Part shown: piece by piece, positions 12,230 through 25,521 of the stretch
Numbering within the stretch: the first letter of the stretch is position 1
Layout of the letters: each line of letters starts with the position of its first letter
Source of the DNA: Ginglymostoma cirratum
Taxonomy: Eukaryota
DNA length: 64,000 nucleotides
Direction of reading: 5' to 3'
NCBI GenBank assembly: GCA_024137785.1
Contig: JAHRHZ010000024.1
Span: 9,475,885-9,539,884 of the forward strand
Made by a program: the position numbers and the translations under genes
The notes under the pieces: generated by a model
The model's database searches: none
Told to the model about the DNA's origin: nothing
The model's input: only the letters and a program-made list of their open reading frames with translations

Positions 12230-13100
12230 TTTTGTTTGAAACCTGCTCTAGTTCCCCAATTCTGCAGTTCACAGGAACACCAGTCCTAGTATGGTTCAGG
12301 TATAGACCGTACCACTGGTGCAGATCCCACTTTCTCCAGTATTGCAGTCAGTGCCCCCCGAAATAGAACTCACTTTTCCCACACCAGACTTTCAGCTACG
12401 CATTCATCTCTCTCTTGTTTATCCTATGACAATTTTCACGTGGCTCAGATAATAAGAGATGATTACATTTGAGGTTTTGCTTCTTAATTTGGTGCCTAGC
12501 TCCTCATACTGGCTATCCAGAACCTCTTGCCTGATTCTACCTATGTTAATGGCGTCTGCATGGGCCACAGCAACTGGATCTTTCTCCTCCCTCTGCAAAT
12601 TCTTCTCCTGCCAAAGGAAATATCCTGAACTCTAGCACCAGGAAGACAACACTATGCTGCTTTTTGCTGCAGAGAATGTTATCAATCCCCTTGACTGTGC
12701 TGTCTCTTGCTACCAATACATTCCTTTTGATCTCCCCTGTTTGGATGGTTTCCCACACCATAGTCATTGGCTCATCTATCCCACAGCCCTTATACTCATT
12801 GAAACAAGCTGACAGCACCTCAGGCCTGTTGGACAATTGCACAGGCTGACAGTCCTACACTGCTGTCCTCTGGGCCCCTTTACCAGTCTCACCTCCTGTC
12901 CCTGGCCACATTAGCACACTTTCTGCTGTGAGGTGCAACTACCTCCTGGAACAACGTACCCAGGTAATGCTCCCCCCTCCCTGATACATTACAATGTCTG
13001 GAGTTCAGCCTCCAGCTCGTAAACCCTAAGCTGAAGCTGTTCAGATTTTAAACACTTCAAACATGCAGATGTGTTTGATCTGGGTCACATTGGTAACCTA
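12230..13100 (-). mobile_element. CR1 ORF1 (SGNH/esterase-type) remnant
   Basis: LSNRPEVL..RNVLVARDSTVKGIDNILC resembles CR1 ORF1 V.GDS.VRG.D..C. Confidence 0.7.
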
Positions 13101-13444
13101 CATAGTGCACCACCTGTACTGCCTTGTCTGTTGGGTTTTTAATTAACTATTTAAGTCATATTGTTCACTTATTTATGTTATTCCACTTAATAAATTTTAC
13201 ACATTCTCCAGTATTGTTGCCAGTGACCTCCCCAAAATGGAACCCACTTCTCCCACACCAGTCTTTCAGCCATGCATTCATCTCTCACTTGTTTATTATA
13301 TTAACTTTACAATTTACATATTTTACGATGTTAAAACTTGAGAATAGATTAAGCTTCACTAAATTAATGGATACTCACTCCTGATTAACAAGTTTCTGTG
13401 TCAGCTGTTGATCTGACGATCTTGGTTTGATATTCCTGCCACCA

Positions 13445-13685
13445 AATTATGACTGAGACAAGGAGAAATTTCTTCACCCAGTGAGTAGCGAGCCTATTGA
13501 ATTCACTGCAACAGAAAGAGGCTGGGGCCAAAACATTGTGTTTCAAGAAGGAGGTAGATATAGCTCTTGTGGCTAAAGGAATCAAAGGATACAGAGAAGG
13601 GTGAGATTAGGGTATTGAGCTGAATGATCAGCCATGATCATATTGAGTGGCAGAGCAGACTCGAGGGATCAAATGGCCTAGTCCG
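13445..13685 (+). mobile_element. CR1 3' tail
   Basis: aggagaaatttcttcacccag..ttcaagaaggaggtagat..gatcagccatgatc..aatggccta. Confidence 0.75.
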
Positions 13686-13774
13686 ATGTAAATCCTCTTT
13701 TCAATACCTGCCAATGAAGTTGTAGACTTTTTGAGAAGCCATTCTTATGTTTTCCCTCCCAACAAGAGCTGACT

Positions 13775-14255
13775 ACAAGCTATTCTTCCCAGCCTACTTC
13801 ACCGTGACACTGACTGCAGCCCACTCTTCCCAGTCCACTTCACTGTGATGTTAACTGCAGCCCATTCTTCCCAGCCCACTTCACTGACACTAACTGCAGC
13901 CTATTCTTCTCAGCCCACTTCACTGTGATGCTAACTGCAGCCCATTCTTCCCAGCCCACTTCACTGTGATGCTAACTGCAGCCCATTCTTCCCAGCCCAC
14001 TTCACTGTGACGCTAACTGCAGCCCATTCTTCCCAGCCCACTTCACCGTGACACTAACTGCAGGTCACTCTTCCCAGAATGCATCACTGTGATGCTAACT
14101 GCAGGTCACTCTTCCCAGTCTGCTTCACTGTGACGCTAACTGCAGCCCATTCTTCCCAGCCTACTTCACTGTGACGCTAACTGCAGGTCACTCTTCCCAG
14201 CCTACTTCACTGTGACGTTTACTGCAGCCCACTCTTCCCAGAATGCTTCACTGCT
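13775..14255. repeat. 41-bp minisatellite, about 11-12 copies
   Basis: Unit cactgtgatgctaactgcagcccattcttcccagcccactt; starts at 13921, 13962, 14003. Confidence 0.95.
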
Positions 14256-17200
14256 ATAGTGACTTCTTGTGATAATGTGCACTGTCTCACTGGCAGATCA
14301 CACAGTCAGATTTAATCCTTATACCATAATGCTTTTCCCCAGTGGGGCCTCTCCCAACAATATTTCTCTTTACCAGTTGTTTTTTGTCAGCAATGCCTCT
14401 CCTCAGCTGGCTTTCCTTCCAACAGATAGCCAGCCTTTCAGTCTGGCTGGCTGCCAAATTGAAAACAGAGTAACATCAAATTTGGTTATGTTTCTGCCTT
14501 CCTGCCAAAGAGAGACTTGTCAAACAGAGTGACAAAGCGACTATAGTGAGAGTAAAAAATTAGTGCAATGGTTAGAGGATGTGATAAGTATAACAATTTC
14601 AAGCAAGGGACAACAGTAAATGTATATAATTAGAGTAATTAATTAGATCCAAGCAGATCGAATTAAGGTTAACTAAATTCAGAATGCTAATATTAATGGG
14701 ATGTAAATTGCATTAAATAAAAGCCTCTCATAGATAAATAATTACATAATAAATAGAAACAATGGGGTACTGTGGTATACCGATGCCTGTCTCCTATTAG
14801 TAGACATTAACAGAATTTACTTTATTAAAACATTATTAATATTTTATTTACTTTTATTAAAAGTAATTATATGCAAGGAATAGTAGGAGACAACATATTC
14901 TTGCCTTCAGATCAATGCGATCTGATAATACAATGGCTTAACTCTTTATGCATATGGGCAAGACATATTTTTAGAGTAAAGTTATAGTTATTCCTTTAAT
15001 CCACTGATGGTAAACTAAAAACAAATTAATAAGCACATGGGAGGGCTATGGTCTGTTGCCTGCAATTTTTGTGCCTTATGGGAACTCCCAGATCCGCTGG
15101 GTAACTATGTCTGCAAAATGTGTATTTCAGTTTCATAACAGGTTTATTGATGTTGAGGAGGATTTGGTGCCATTGCAGGGCATATGGGAAACTAATAATT
15201 TCTTGCTTCCAGAAGGTGGCCAGACTGCAGCTAAAGGTTAGTGAATGGGTGGCCATCCAGAAAGGTGGAAAGAGGTAGGCAGTCCAGGAATCCTTTGGGA
15301 ATATGGGTATTCTTAAGCTGGTTTCCTAGTGCCAAAAGTTGATGAGAATGTCAAAACCTTGAGGGATTTCAGTCTAGAACACATTTATAGCTCTGTGGAG
15401 AAATGGCTGAACAGGGTTCATGGAGTGGTGTGAGGGTGATGCGGGGCACAGGACTGTTTAGAAGAGTATTGCTTGTAGCAGACTGGATAGTCAGATGGTT
15501 AGAGAGGCATTTCTGCAGCTACCAATGCTGAATACTCTATTTTATCATGTATCCCCGGTCCTGCGGGAATGGTACTGAACAGAAGCAGAGCTTTTTGAAG
15601 GGGCAAATGGGAACAGCTGTATTTGAAATAAAAGTTTGATGTGCTCCGGCAAGTGCTTCAACCCAAGTCAGAATGTGGAATTTGCCGCCCCCTTGAAGTG
15701 TGATCGGCTGATTAATCGGCATCCTTCCAACTGGCAGCTGACAAAATTTGGGGAGGTCGAATGAGATGATGTGTTGCAATTCTTTCGATGGCTGAGCAAT
15801 CTGACCCTGGAAAGGCAAAGTCTGCTCCAAGGGCCACATGTGAGGTTGCTCTTTGCTAGTGATGATCTCTGCTGGCACCTTGTTCCCAGAGCTGGGGTCT
15901 CTCAGGAAATTCTGAAACCATCTTTCTGACTTGGTGGAAAATTCCTACCCACAGTTGATCTCTCCATTTGCATAGGCCATCAGGATTGGTGGAGAATGAA
16001 ACAGAGGTCGCATTTGGAAACACTTCCTCCGTTTCTCTCTTCTGCCCAACCCATTGAGTATTTCCAGAAGTTTCTGTTTATTTTCTAATATCGTAGTTTG
16101 TGATTCAGGGTCGAATTTTGATATATCATCCCATCTGGAACTGACATCCTATTATGTTAAACATGCCATACAGATCAAAGTGGTTATTATTGAAAACAAA
16201 GTGGGCAGGTTTGAGGCGGGTCGGATGCAGCCCTGAAATATCTAAAATTTTAACATTGTCCTGTATTGAAACACGTCTGGGTTTTAAAATAACCCTGATA
16301 ATGTTCAGCTAGACCATTTGGATCACCACAAGTAGACAGAAATGTGTTCTGTCAGGACACCTGTGCTGTAGGTCATCAAATTGAACCCATGGTTACATCC
16401 AGACATGTGTAAATAAACATGTTAAGTAAGTAGAAAGATCATTCTGTTTCCTTCAAATCAAATCTTAACCAGAAAAAAATGATGATTGGCTTTATATTCA
16501 GGCACAATTTAAAATTTAAATTTTTATGGTAATTAAATTTTTTTTTTCAAATTTCTCACTGTCATTTTCTTACTAAATTACCAGAAAAAAACCCCTTCAT
16601 GACCCTTCATTAGAATTCATTCCCTGTGATTTCTTTTATGTCATCTCCCACCAGATTAAAATGTTTTGATATCCTCACTGCCTGAATTCGAGTGAGCTGA
16701 CAGGGATGGTTCTTGTTTCATTCACTTACTCTTCTGCTAAGGCCTTTAATTAATTCTGTTGGGAGGTGGATTCAGGACAGCCAAATCCTAATTGCAACAT
16801 AAAGTAATTTAAAGGTGACTGCTCAACTGTGACTTCAGAGTCGTGCTTTTGGTGCTAAACACTCCCACCCCTACTGCAGCAATGTGTGCCGAGGGCTTTA
16901 GTCCACATACACTATTGTTAACATAAATAGTTGGTACAGACAGGACACTTTTCCCTTAAGGAGCAATAGAGTTCAGAGCCAGCTTTGGTTAAAGCTTCAG
17001 TCCCAACACTGTTATAGCATCAGATTTAAAACTACCAAAAAAATTGTTTCATGTTTTTGGTATCAGTTTCACTAAGTGAGTTCTGTCTCCAGCCAGAAAG
17101 AGAATGAAAATGATGCTGAACTCCATCCGTCTCTGAGTTATGTGTTCCAGTACTGGCATGTCCAGTCCATTTCGATAGATTCCTGGGATGTGAGCACCAA

Positions 17201-17849
17201 TGGCAAGGCCATTATTTCTTATCCACTTTATTGTCCTTGAGAAGATGGTATAAAATGCCTTTGTGAGCAGCTGGCCTGTATGATGCCCAGTTAAGTGAGG
17301 AGTTTTATGGTTTTGGCCAAGCAATGTGGCATTTCCTATATGACTACTGTTGACACCTTGCAGTATTTGCCACCTCTATTAGTATGTGATACTGGATAGA
17401 ATTTCGGCTGCAGCAGTTCACTGTCATCTCTTTTCTTTCTCACTCCATCATAGGCTTATCTAATGGTAAGTGGAAGAGGTCACACCAACATTGAATATCT
17501 ATAGAACGGGAACTGTTCTTAAATAATAAGAAGGTTTATTGCATGCTAGCAATAGGTGCAACCACATTTGGTCATATATAATTATTGGATCTTATGGAGC
17601 TAGTGCAGATACATTTGCTGCCTCTGACAGCTCGAATAAGACTCATTGTCACCGCCCACAGACTGTGTGCGAAATCAGCAGGATAAATGGAGTCAATGCA
17701 ATGCATTAATCCCCTTCTGAACAATTACCTTGTAAAACATGCAAAGATAAAGGAATGTGAATATTTGCTGAAACCAATCTAACTCATGATTAGAGGAAAA
17801 CAGGTGATACTCTCATTGATAATTGACCTTGTTCTAGATTGCAGAAGTT

Positions 17850-18235
17850 GTGCATTTGGGAAGTACGTTGAAAACGTTTAGTTGAGTTGTTGTAATGCAT
17901 CTTGTAGATACTGTACCAATCACAGAGGGAAAAGGGTGACTAAGGTGGTGGATGGGGCGCCTGCCAAGGAAACCATGCTATGCCCTTGGTGACATCATGT
18001 TTCTGGAGTAGTTCTGTGGTGGCACTCATCCAGGCATGTGGAATATATTTCAGCACACTCCAGGCTTTTGGTTTGAATGTTGTGGAAAGGCTTTTTGATG
18101 CTAGGAGGTGAGCCACTCATCACTGAATATTAAACCTCTAACTTGTTCTAGTCTTATGGCACTGATTTGGTTGTTCCAGTTGAGTTTCTGATCACTAGTG
18201 CTCTCTAGGATATTGGTGGCGGGGGCTTTAGCAAT
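17850..18235 (-). mobile_element. LINE family B fragment, older copy
   Basis: Homologous to 9850-10093 (gcactcatccag..aggtgagccact..ccagttgagtttctg). Confidence 0.65.
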
Positions 18236-18239
18236 GATG

Positions 18240-18460
18240 CAGTAAGCCCTGACTTAAAGTTGTGGTTATGTTTCTGTAAATCAGGATTTTAAGTGAAATG
18301 ACTTGACTTAAATCATGCACTCCCATTGAAATGAATTTAAGAACTGGAGTTAGACTTCTTCAGAAACATTTTGCTCAGAAAAAGACAAAGTACATGTTGA
18401 AATACTGTATCATACATCGACAGTACAGTAGAATCCCAGATGCAATAACTTGCAAAACAA
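18240..18460. mobile_element. Possible Tigger/pogo-like DNA-transposon end
   Basis: Begins cagtaagccctgacttaaag, followed by the cccattgaaatgaat motif common in such MITEs. Confidence 0.35.
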
Positions 18461-18464
18461 ATGA

Positions 18465-19220
18465 ATCATTAAATGTTGCAGAAGTTACAAGAGGTCATTT
18501 AACCCATTGTGCCTATACCAGCTTTCCAAATGACCATCACAACTTGCTTTTTCTCCCTACAATTGCACGTTATTTTTATTATCTAATGCCTTCTTGAAAG
18601 CCTCATTTGAATCTGCCACCACCACACTTCCAGGTAGTGTTTTTCAGACCCTATCCACTTTGTAAAAAAGACTTTTTTTCACATTGAATATGCTTATTTT
18701 ACAAATAACTTTAAATCTGTTCCATCATATTAATGAATATTTAACAAAAGGGAGCAGTTCCTTCCTGCTCTATCCAGCCTTCTTGTACTTTTGAAAGCTT
18801 CTATCAGATATCTTCTGAGTCTTCTAAGGAAAACAGTCCCAACTTCTTCGCTCTCTCTTCATAACTGAGTTTTCTTATCCCTGGAATCATTCTAGTAAAT
18901 CTCTTTTGTACTCTCCAATCCGTTCACATCCTTCCTATAGTTTGGTGTCCAGAATGATAAATAATACTCAAGATTAGGTCAAACAGGTATCTCACATAAG
19001 TTCAACATCAGCACCTTTATCTTCTACTCAGTACCCAATTAATAAAGCCAGAACACTGTATAGTTTATTAACTGCTCTCTCCAATTGTTATGCCACCTTT
19101 AATGATCTGTTCACATTTACACCAAGGTCCCTCTGCTCCTGCATACCCTTTAGAATTGTTCTGCCTATTTTAGATTGTCTGCCCACCTTCTTCCTGTCAA
19201 AATGCATCACTTACACTTCT
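18465..19220 (-). mobile_element. CR1 3' fragment
   Basis: aaggaaaacagtcccaac..cacatccttcctatagtttggtgtccagaa..aaaatgcatcactt. Confidence 0.75.
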
Positions 19221-19894
19221 AAATACTTTAGTATATAATAATAAAATAAATGTAGAAAAAATGCTGTGCAGTTACGTACTTTAAGACCTGTCTCAGCAGA
19301 AAACAACTTTAAAAATTATTAAATGAAATGATGCACATTCTTAAATTCTAACATTCATAAACAAAATTACCTTGAAAGTAAACAAACTTAAAAATATGGA
19401 AGAACTAGAACACAAATGTAAATTCAATAAATACATGTTAATATTATACTCACCGATGAAGCTTTAAGTGATTAGTCTGCATCTAACAGGACCTCCTGCA
19501 CCAATCAACCTTTGCCACTAGGTGGTGATCAGGACACCAACACAAGTTTAGGACCAAAGCCAGGATGCCAGGACAGAAGTGGGCACTGGATGTCTTAAAG
19601 GTGAGAATAGAGAGTGGGAAGGGGAGCTGGGGGTCACAGGGAGATAGGACAATCATGCCACCTTTAATGGATAGGAACAGGGAGGGCAGGAACAGGAACC
19701 AGAAGATCAGGAGAATTTCAGAACTGAGTGCGTAAGTGGAAGCATGTGACATTAGCCTTAATGATAGACAACCACAGAAAATAAAGTTTTGCCAAATAAT
19801 GTTAAACTGAAATTTCACAATATTGAATAATTATAGTGTCATTATTTTATCAAAGAAAAATAGTTTTAACTCAGTAAACTTTAAATGGAAACTT

Positions 19895-21385
19895 ACCGCA
19901 ATGCTGTCAAGAGGAGGTTGTTTGATTCTCATCAGAGATGATCATATGGACTTTGTGTCCATTTAGCCACCATGCCTTCAGTGCCCTCGTCTAGGTCATT
20001 GATATACAACTGTTAAAAAGTTGAAGTAATTTCACTGACTCCTGTTTGTTACATCCTGGCAATCAGAAACGAACCATATGTACATACACTTTGCCAACCA
20101 GGCAATTATCTACTCATGTTAATTTATTACCCCCTACACCAAGAGCTCCTACTTTGTGCAGTAACCTTTCATGTAGCATCTTATCAATTGCCTTTTGAAA
20201 ATCCAGTAATATATGTTTACAGGCTCCCCTTTATAGATAGCACATGTTACTTGTTCAAAGAAGTCCAATAAATTTGTTAAACTCCCTTGCACAAAATTTT
20301 CCTGATTGCCTTGAATGTTTCTAGGTGCCCAACCTTAACCTCCTGAAGGGTTGATTCCAATATGTTCCCCATGACAAATGTCACAGTAACTGGTCTATGG
20401 TTTCCTGTTATCTGCCTCCCTCCTGTTTTGAATGGAGGAATTATATTTGTTATTTTCAGTCTAATGGAGCCCGTCCAGAATTGGACAAATTCTACAAAGT
20501 TAATGCAAACTTGTCTACTACCTCATTAGCCACCTCTTTTAAGACCTTAGGATGAAGTCCATCAGGACCTGGGGACTTGTCATCCAGGAAAATGATTTGC
20601 TCAGTACCACTTCCATAATGATTATACTTCCATCAACTTCCTCTCTCCCTTCCACCTCCTGTCTTATAGCCATTACTGCAAATTTTTGTATTCACTATGT
20701 TGAAGACAGAACCAAAATATTGTTAGTTTCACCTGCCAATTCCTTATTATCCACTACTAACTCTCCGATCACATTACTTCCTGTTTTTCTTTATGAGTAC
20801 AAACATATGAACATGCAAACAATGAATGAAAGTGGGTCACCTCGCCTGTACAGCCTAATTCATCATTCAATAAGGTCTTGGCTGATTTGATTTTAACCTC
20901 ACCTTTACATTCCTGCATATCCCTGATAATCTTTGATCCCCTTAGTAATCAAGAATATATCTACTTGTGCATTAAAAATATTTAAAGATCCTGCAATGAC
21001 TGCCTTTTGAGGAAGGGAATTCCAAAGAGTCTCAAACCTCTGAAAGAAATGTAATTTTCCTTATCTCTATCTTTACTGGGTGATGTAATTCATGCACCAG
21101 GACTCCCAGATCCCACTGCATCTCAGAGTTCTGCAGTCTCTCACTATTTAGATTATATGCTTCTTTTTCACAATACTTTCTGTCAAAATGGATACTTTCA
21201 CACTTTCCCACATTATACTCCATTTGCCAAATCTTTGCCTATTCACCTAACCCGTCTATATCCCTTTTTAATGCTCGTAATGTACTCTTTGCAAATCACT
21301 TTCCTACATATCTTTGTGTTATCAGCAAATTGAGCTGCCATAACTTTGATCCCTTCATCCAAGTCACTTGTTTAATTTTTAAAGA
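19895..21385 (-). mobile_element. Two stacked CR1 fragments (19895-20765 and 20800-21385)
   Basis: MEYNVGKCESIHF...DLGVLVH (21032-21223); homology to 8100-9130 and 6135-6335. Confidence 0.8.
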
Positions 21386-21399
21386 GTCTTGTAAATCTT

Positions 21400-21935
21400 G
21401 ACAACATGACAAAATATCAAAGTCTGCTCCTTGGTTGATTCCAGCAGTGCTGCTCATGAAACTATCACAAAAGTATTGTCTGAACCCTTCATTCCGACAG
21501 ATGGATATGCTTGGCATAAGTTTACAGATTGCAGTGAAATATGGTTCTACTTTAATAATGCCTGACAGTCTTAACGCACACCAAGTTTGAACTGCTGGAT
21601 CTATCCCACTTTCCATGGCAGTGTTGCCTATAACATGGTTGAGTGTTTTCTAAGTTTGAATATGGAACTTCATCTCCACAAGAATTATATGATATTGTTT
21701 CCTATCAATACTGCAATGGACAGATGTTTTTGCTACAAGTAGATTGGTGAGGACAAGGTCAAGTAGATTATAATTTAATATTGATTCTGTTACCATCTGC
21801 TGCAAGATAGCTCAGCAGTCATGTCCTCAGGACTTTTGCAGCTTGCTCAGTAATGGTGCTACTTAGTCACATTTGGTGCTGAACTTTGAAGTCCCCCATT
21901 CAGGGTGCATTTTATGTCTTTGTTGCAGCCATTGA
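21400..21935 (-). mobile_element. LINE family B endonuclease region
   Basis: Homologous to 24400-24780 and 34950-35230. Confidence 0.55.
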
Positions 21936-22147
21936 TTCATAAATCAAAGTATTTACGTATGACACAGATTTAAAGATTTTGAAACTCACAGTAAAAGCAC
22001 AATGCCATTAATCCCAACAGCATCCCTTTGCAGTACTCAGAAACCAGAAACAATACTTTTCTTTATCCGCAATAGGATTGGACTTGGCTGTGGCTTTGGC
22101 TGTCAGTCACAAGAATCTGATAGCGTTTTCCTTGAGTCATTTTCTAA

Positions 22148-22493
22148 AATTCATTCATGGGATGAGGGTGTTGCTAGCATTTATTGCCCATCCCTAATTG
22201 CCCAGAAGGCAGTTAAAAGTCAACCACATTGCTGTGGGTCTGGAGTCACATGTAGGCCATATCAGGTAAAAATGGCAGTTTCCTTCCCTAAAGGACATTT
22301 GTGAACCAGATGGATTTTTCCTGACAATTGACAATGGATTTGTGGGTTTCATTAGATTCTTTATTTGAGATATTTTATTGAATTCAATTTCCATCATTTG
22401 CTGTGGTGGGATTTGAGCCCAGGTCTCCAGAATGTGATCTGGGTCTCTGGATTAACAGTCCAGCAATAATACCACTGGGCCATTGCCTCCCCA
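22148..22493 (-). mobile_element. Full-length tRNA-headed SINE sharing head, core and tail with LINE family B
   Basis: Minus strand starts ggggaggcaatggcccagtgg (A box) ... gggctcaaatccc (B-box-like); tail gcaataaatgctagc matches LINE B tails. Confidence 0.8.
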
Positions 22494-22989
22494 TAAAACT
22501 GAGCTTAAACTTTCTGACCTTCAAATAACTCACCCAGGGTTTAACCAATTATGACTAACCTCCTTACACTGTTGTAACTTATTTAAAAAATTCTAAACTA
22601 TCTTCTCCCTTTCTTGGGAGCATCTGCTTTGCACATCCAGCTGCAGTGAAGAACATTGCAGAACTGCCCATAGTGAAGCTTAACAAAACAGTTGCGGAAT
22701 CTTCCAGTTGAAAGCATAATGTACCACACAGTTTATTTTGTTCACTCATAAACGTTTCTAAGATAAACAAATTCCCCTTAGTTTCCAAAACTGTCTCTCT
22801 CAGTCTACTTGTTAAAAGATATCACCATGGCTTCAGAACTACTTACAAGTTAATCATTAAACCCCTATAGACACAGAGAAACATATCTACACATAGAAAT
22901 TCAAAATTACAGAATCTCAAATATAAGAGATTAAAACACACATAAATCAGACACCTAGCTTCATATCAGCAAGAGATCTTCTTACCTAT

Positions 22990-23250
22990 GATGCAGTGGC
23001 GCATTTGCAGCACATTGGTCACGTCCCTACCCTTGGATTTGAAGCTCTGGGTTTCCACACCAGTACTAGTCGACTATGAACGGTGCATTCATGAAGTGGA
23101 CAACCAGAGTGCAAGTACTCCCTACTTACCTGACTGCAGGCGGTAAGTTCAGAATGTTTCCTTGTCAGTCATCTGAGAAAAAAACAATGGCAAACCACTG
23201 CAATACTTTTCCACTGGAACAATCCAATGGAAGTCTATGACCCAGGTCTC
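22990..23250 (+). mobile_element. Probable RTE-related SINE or non-autonomous element
   Basis: aatggcaaaccactgcaatacttttccactggaacaatccaatgga resembles the RTE/BovB-derived motif of Bov-A-type SINEs; decayed tRNA-like start. Confidence 0.5.
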
Positions 23251-24369
23251 AGAAATAATGGTGGGAGAAAAGGTGGACAGACAGATAAGTTGAATTTTCA
23301 TGAGTCTGTGATCAATTATGAGGTCTCAAAGGAATATTCCTCCCTGACTTTATGCCACTGAATTGACACCACTAGCTAATATGACCTGCCTGTAGGGCAG
23401 AATATAATCAGCAATGGAGATGGAAGAATCTGCAATGTTGGCTGTAACAGAACTGATCTTGCCTGGCGCTTGCTTGACTAGTCCGAGGGTACAATTCTTT
23501 CAAATTTGAGTCTTGTGCACAGATGCTGATGAAAACTGTAGGTCATCTAGGCTTACTGTGCCCTTGTCAACTCTGAATCGAATCTGCCAATTCACTGAGA
23601 TTACTGCAGGATACCTGGTGTAATACCTCAAGTCTTCATTTTGTAACAAAATGAAAAAAAAACACAATGAACATGTGGCTCTGGCGTTGTTTTCATCCAG
23701 AGTTTAACCTTGCAATTACAAAGGAGGAGAGACCAGAGGTTGGGGTCCAGCAGGAACTGCGAAGTTAAATGGTTGGGGTGGACAGTTGGTGGGGATGTGG
23801 GGTGGTTTATAGGAGCTGTGAGGGTGGGGTGTGGGGTGATTGGGCGTTGGATAGCTGGGGAGTCAAGGGGGCATGATTTGTGAGTTTGGGAGTTGCTGGG
23901 GGAGGGGGTGCAAGAGCTAAATATAAAATAAAAGACAAATGAGGTAATGAACATAATGGTAAAATGGATTTTACACCTGATTATGCACAGTCACGCAAAG
24001 AGACAGTATGGGGTTTAGCGCAGGAGTACAGAAATCTAAGTCTGTGTTGAAAAGTTATGAGAATGACTGGTACCAAATTTCTGACCAATAGAATGACCAG
24101 GATTGAGGTTGCCTCCAGAATGAGTTTAGTTCTGACCAGATCATCTCATTCCAGTATATGCCAGTAGAACTTGACTGGTTTCATATTGGATTCATACTAG
24201 GCATACAGGTTTCTCCTTCTGGACATAGAGACAAGAATACTGCTTTGGAATCAAGGATTTTTATTCACATTATTAATCTGTCATTCAGATTGGAATTGGA
24301 AATTATGAAAGTTGGAAGACTGAAATGAATGGAGGGAAATATTATGACGTTTTTCTATAACTGATGAAA

Positions 24370-25521
24370 TCAGTCAGGGGTAGGGATATGCTGGGCCATG
24401 AGATTGCAGACAGTGATTGAGTACAACTCTACTGCTGCTGAGGGCTCACAGCACCTCATGGATGCCCAATTTTAGGTTGTTAGATCTATTCAAAGTCGAT
24501 CTTATTGAGAATGCCGGTAGTATCACACAGCATGATGGACAGTCTCCTCTGTTTGAAGACATATTGGCCACTCTATTCATAATGCCACTGACACGTGCTT
24601 CTGCAACAGGTAGATAGGTACGGACAAGGCTAAGTATACTTTCACCTTGTGTTGGTTTCCTCACCATCTGCTGAAGACCCAGTCTGACAACTATGTACTT
24701 TTGGACTCAGCCAGCCGAGACAGTAGTGGGGTTACTGAGCCACTCTTGGTGATGGGCATTGAAGTCCCCCATTCTCAATGTTTCTTCCAAGGGGTGGTTG
24801 ACATGGAGAAGCACTGATTCATCAGACAAAGTGGAGGGGTGGTGGAGCATTATGGGATAATGAACAGGAGGTTTCGTTGCCCATGTTTCACCAGGTGAAG
24901 CCTTGATTCTTTATGTGCTTCAGAATCAATGTTGAAGAATCCCAGAGCTACTTCCTCCTGACTGAAAACCACCATGGCCCTACTTCTGCTGGGCCTGTCC
25001 TGCTGTTGGTACAGGATATGCCCAGGGATGGTGATGGTGTCTGGGACATTGTAAATTATGATTCTGTGAGTCTGACCATGTCTATGAGACAGCTCTACCT
25101 CTTTTGGCTTGAGCCTCAGATGATAGTAGGAAGAACGTTGCAGGCTTGGCAGGGCTGGATTTGTCCTTGTTGGTGTCTAGTCCATCTGGTTTCAGTCCTA
25201 TCTTTAGGTTTTGTAACTGTTTCAATACAACTCAATGGCTTTGTTGGGTGGCTCAATGTCAACCACATTGCTGTCAGTCTGGAGTCACATCCAGGCCAGA
25301 TCAGGTAAATATTTACTTCCCTAACAGGCACTAGTGAACCAGACAGGGTATGACAATTATACCAGTGCCACCGTTAGGCTGGTTTTTAATTCCAGTTTTT
25401 TAAAAATTGAATTCGTATTTCAGCATCTGCTATTTTTGGGACTCATACCATCTCTCCAGGCCATTAACCTGGTGCTCCAGGTAACTAATCCTGTGACATT
25501 AATAACGTACTACTGCTTCCC
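24370..25521 (-). mobile_element. LINE family B 5' portion: tRNA-like head, SINE-type core, endonuclease remnant
   Basis: 25240-25521 aligns to the SINE at 22200-22493; PTQGESILSLVRTYLP resembles endonuclease PTRG..ILDL..TN. Confidence 0.75.

Noticed and set aside
13775-14255. CRISPR-like array (also 51945-52393)
   Set aside because: Head-to-tail units with no unique spacers, no cas genes, vertebrate context
23770-23910. G-quadruplex-forming G-rich tract (also 413-430)
   Set aside because: G-runs are present but there is no context suggesting function; such tracts are common inside decayed repeats
24000-24240. Possible LF-SINE-like relic on the minus strand
   Set aside because: Only about 30 bp of loose resemblance to a recalled consensus; not supportable without an alignment
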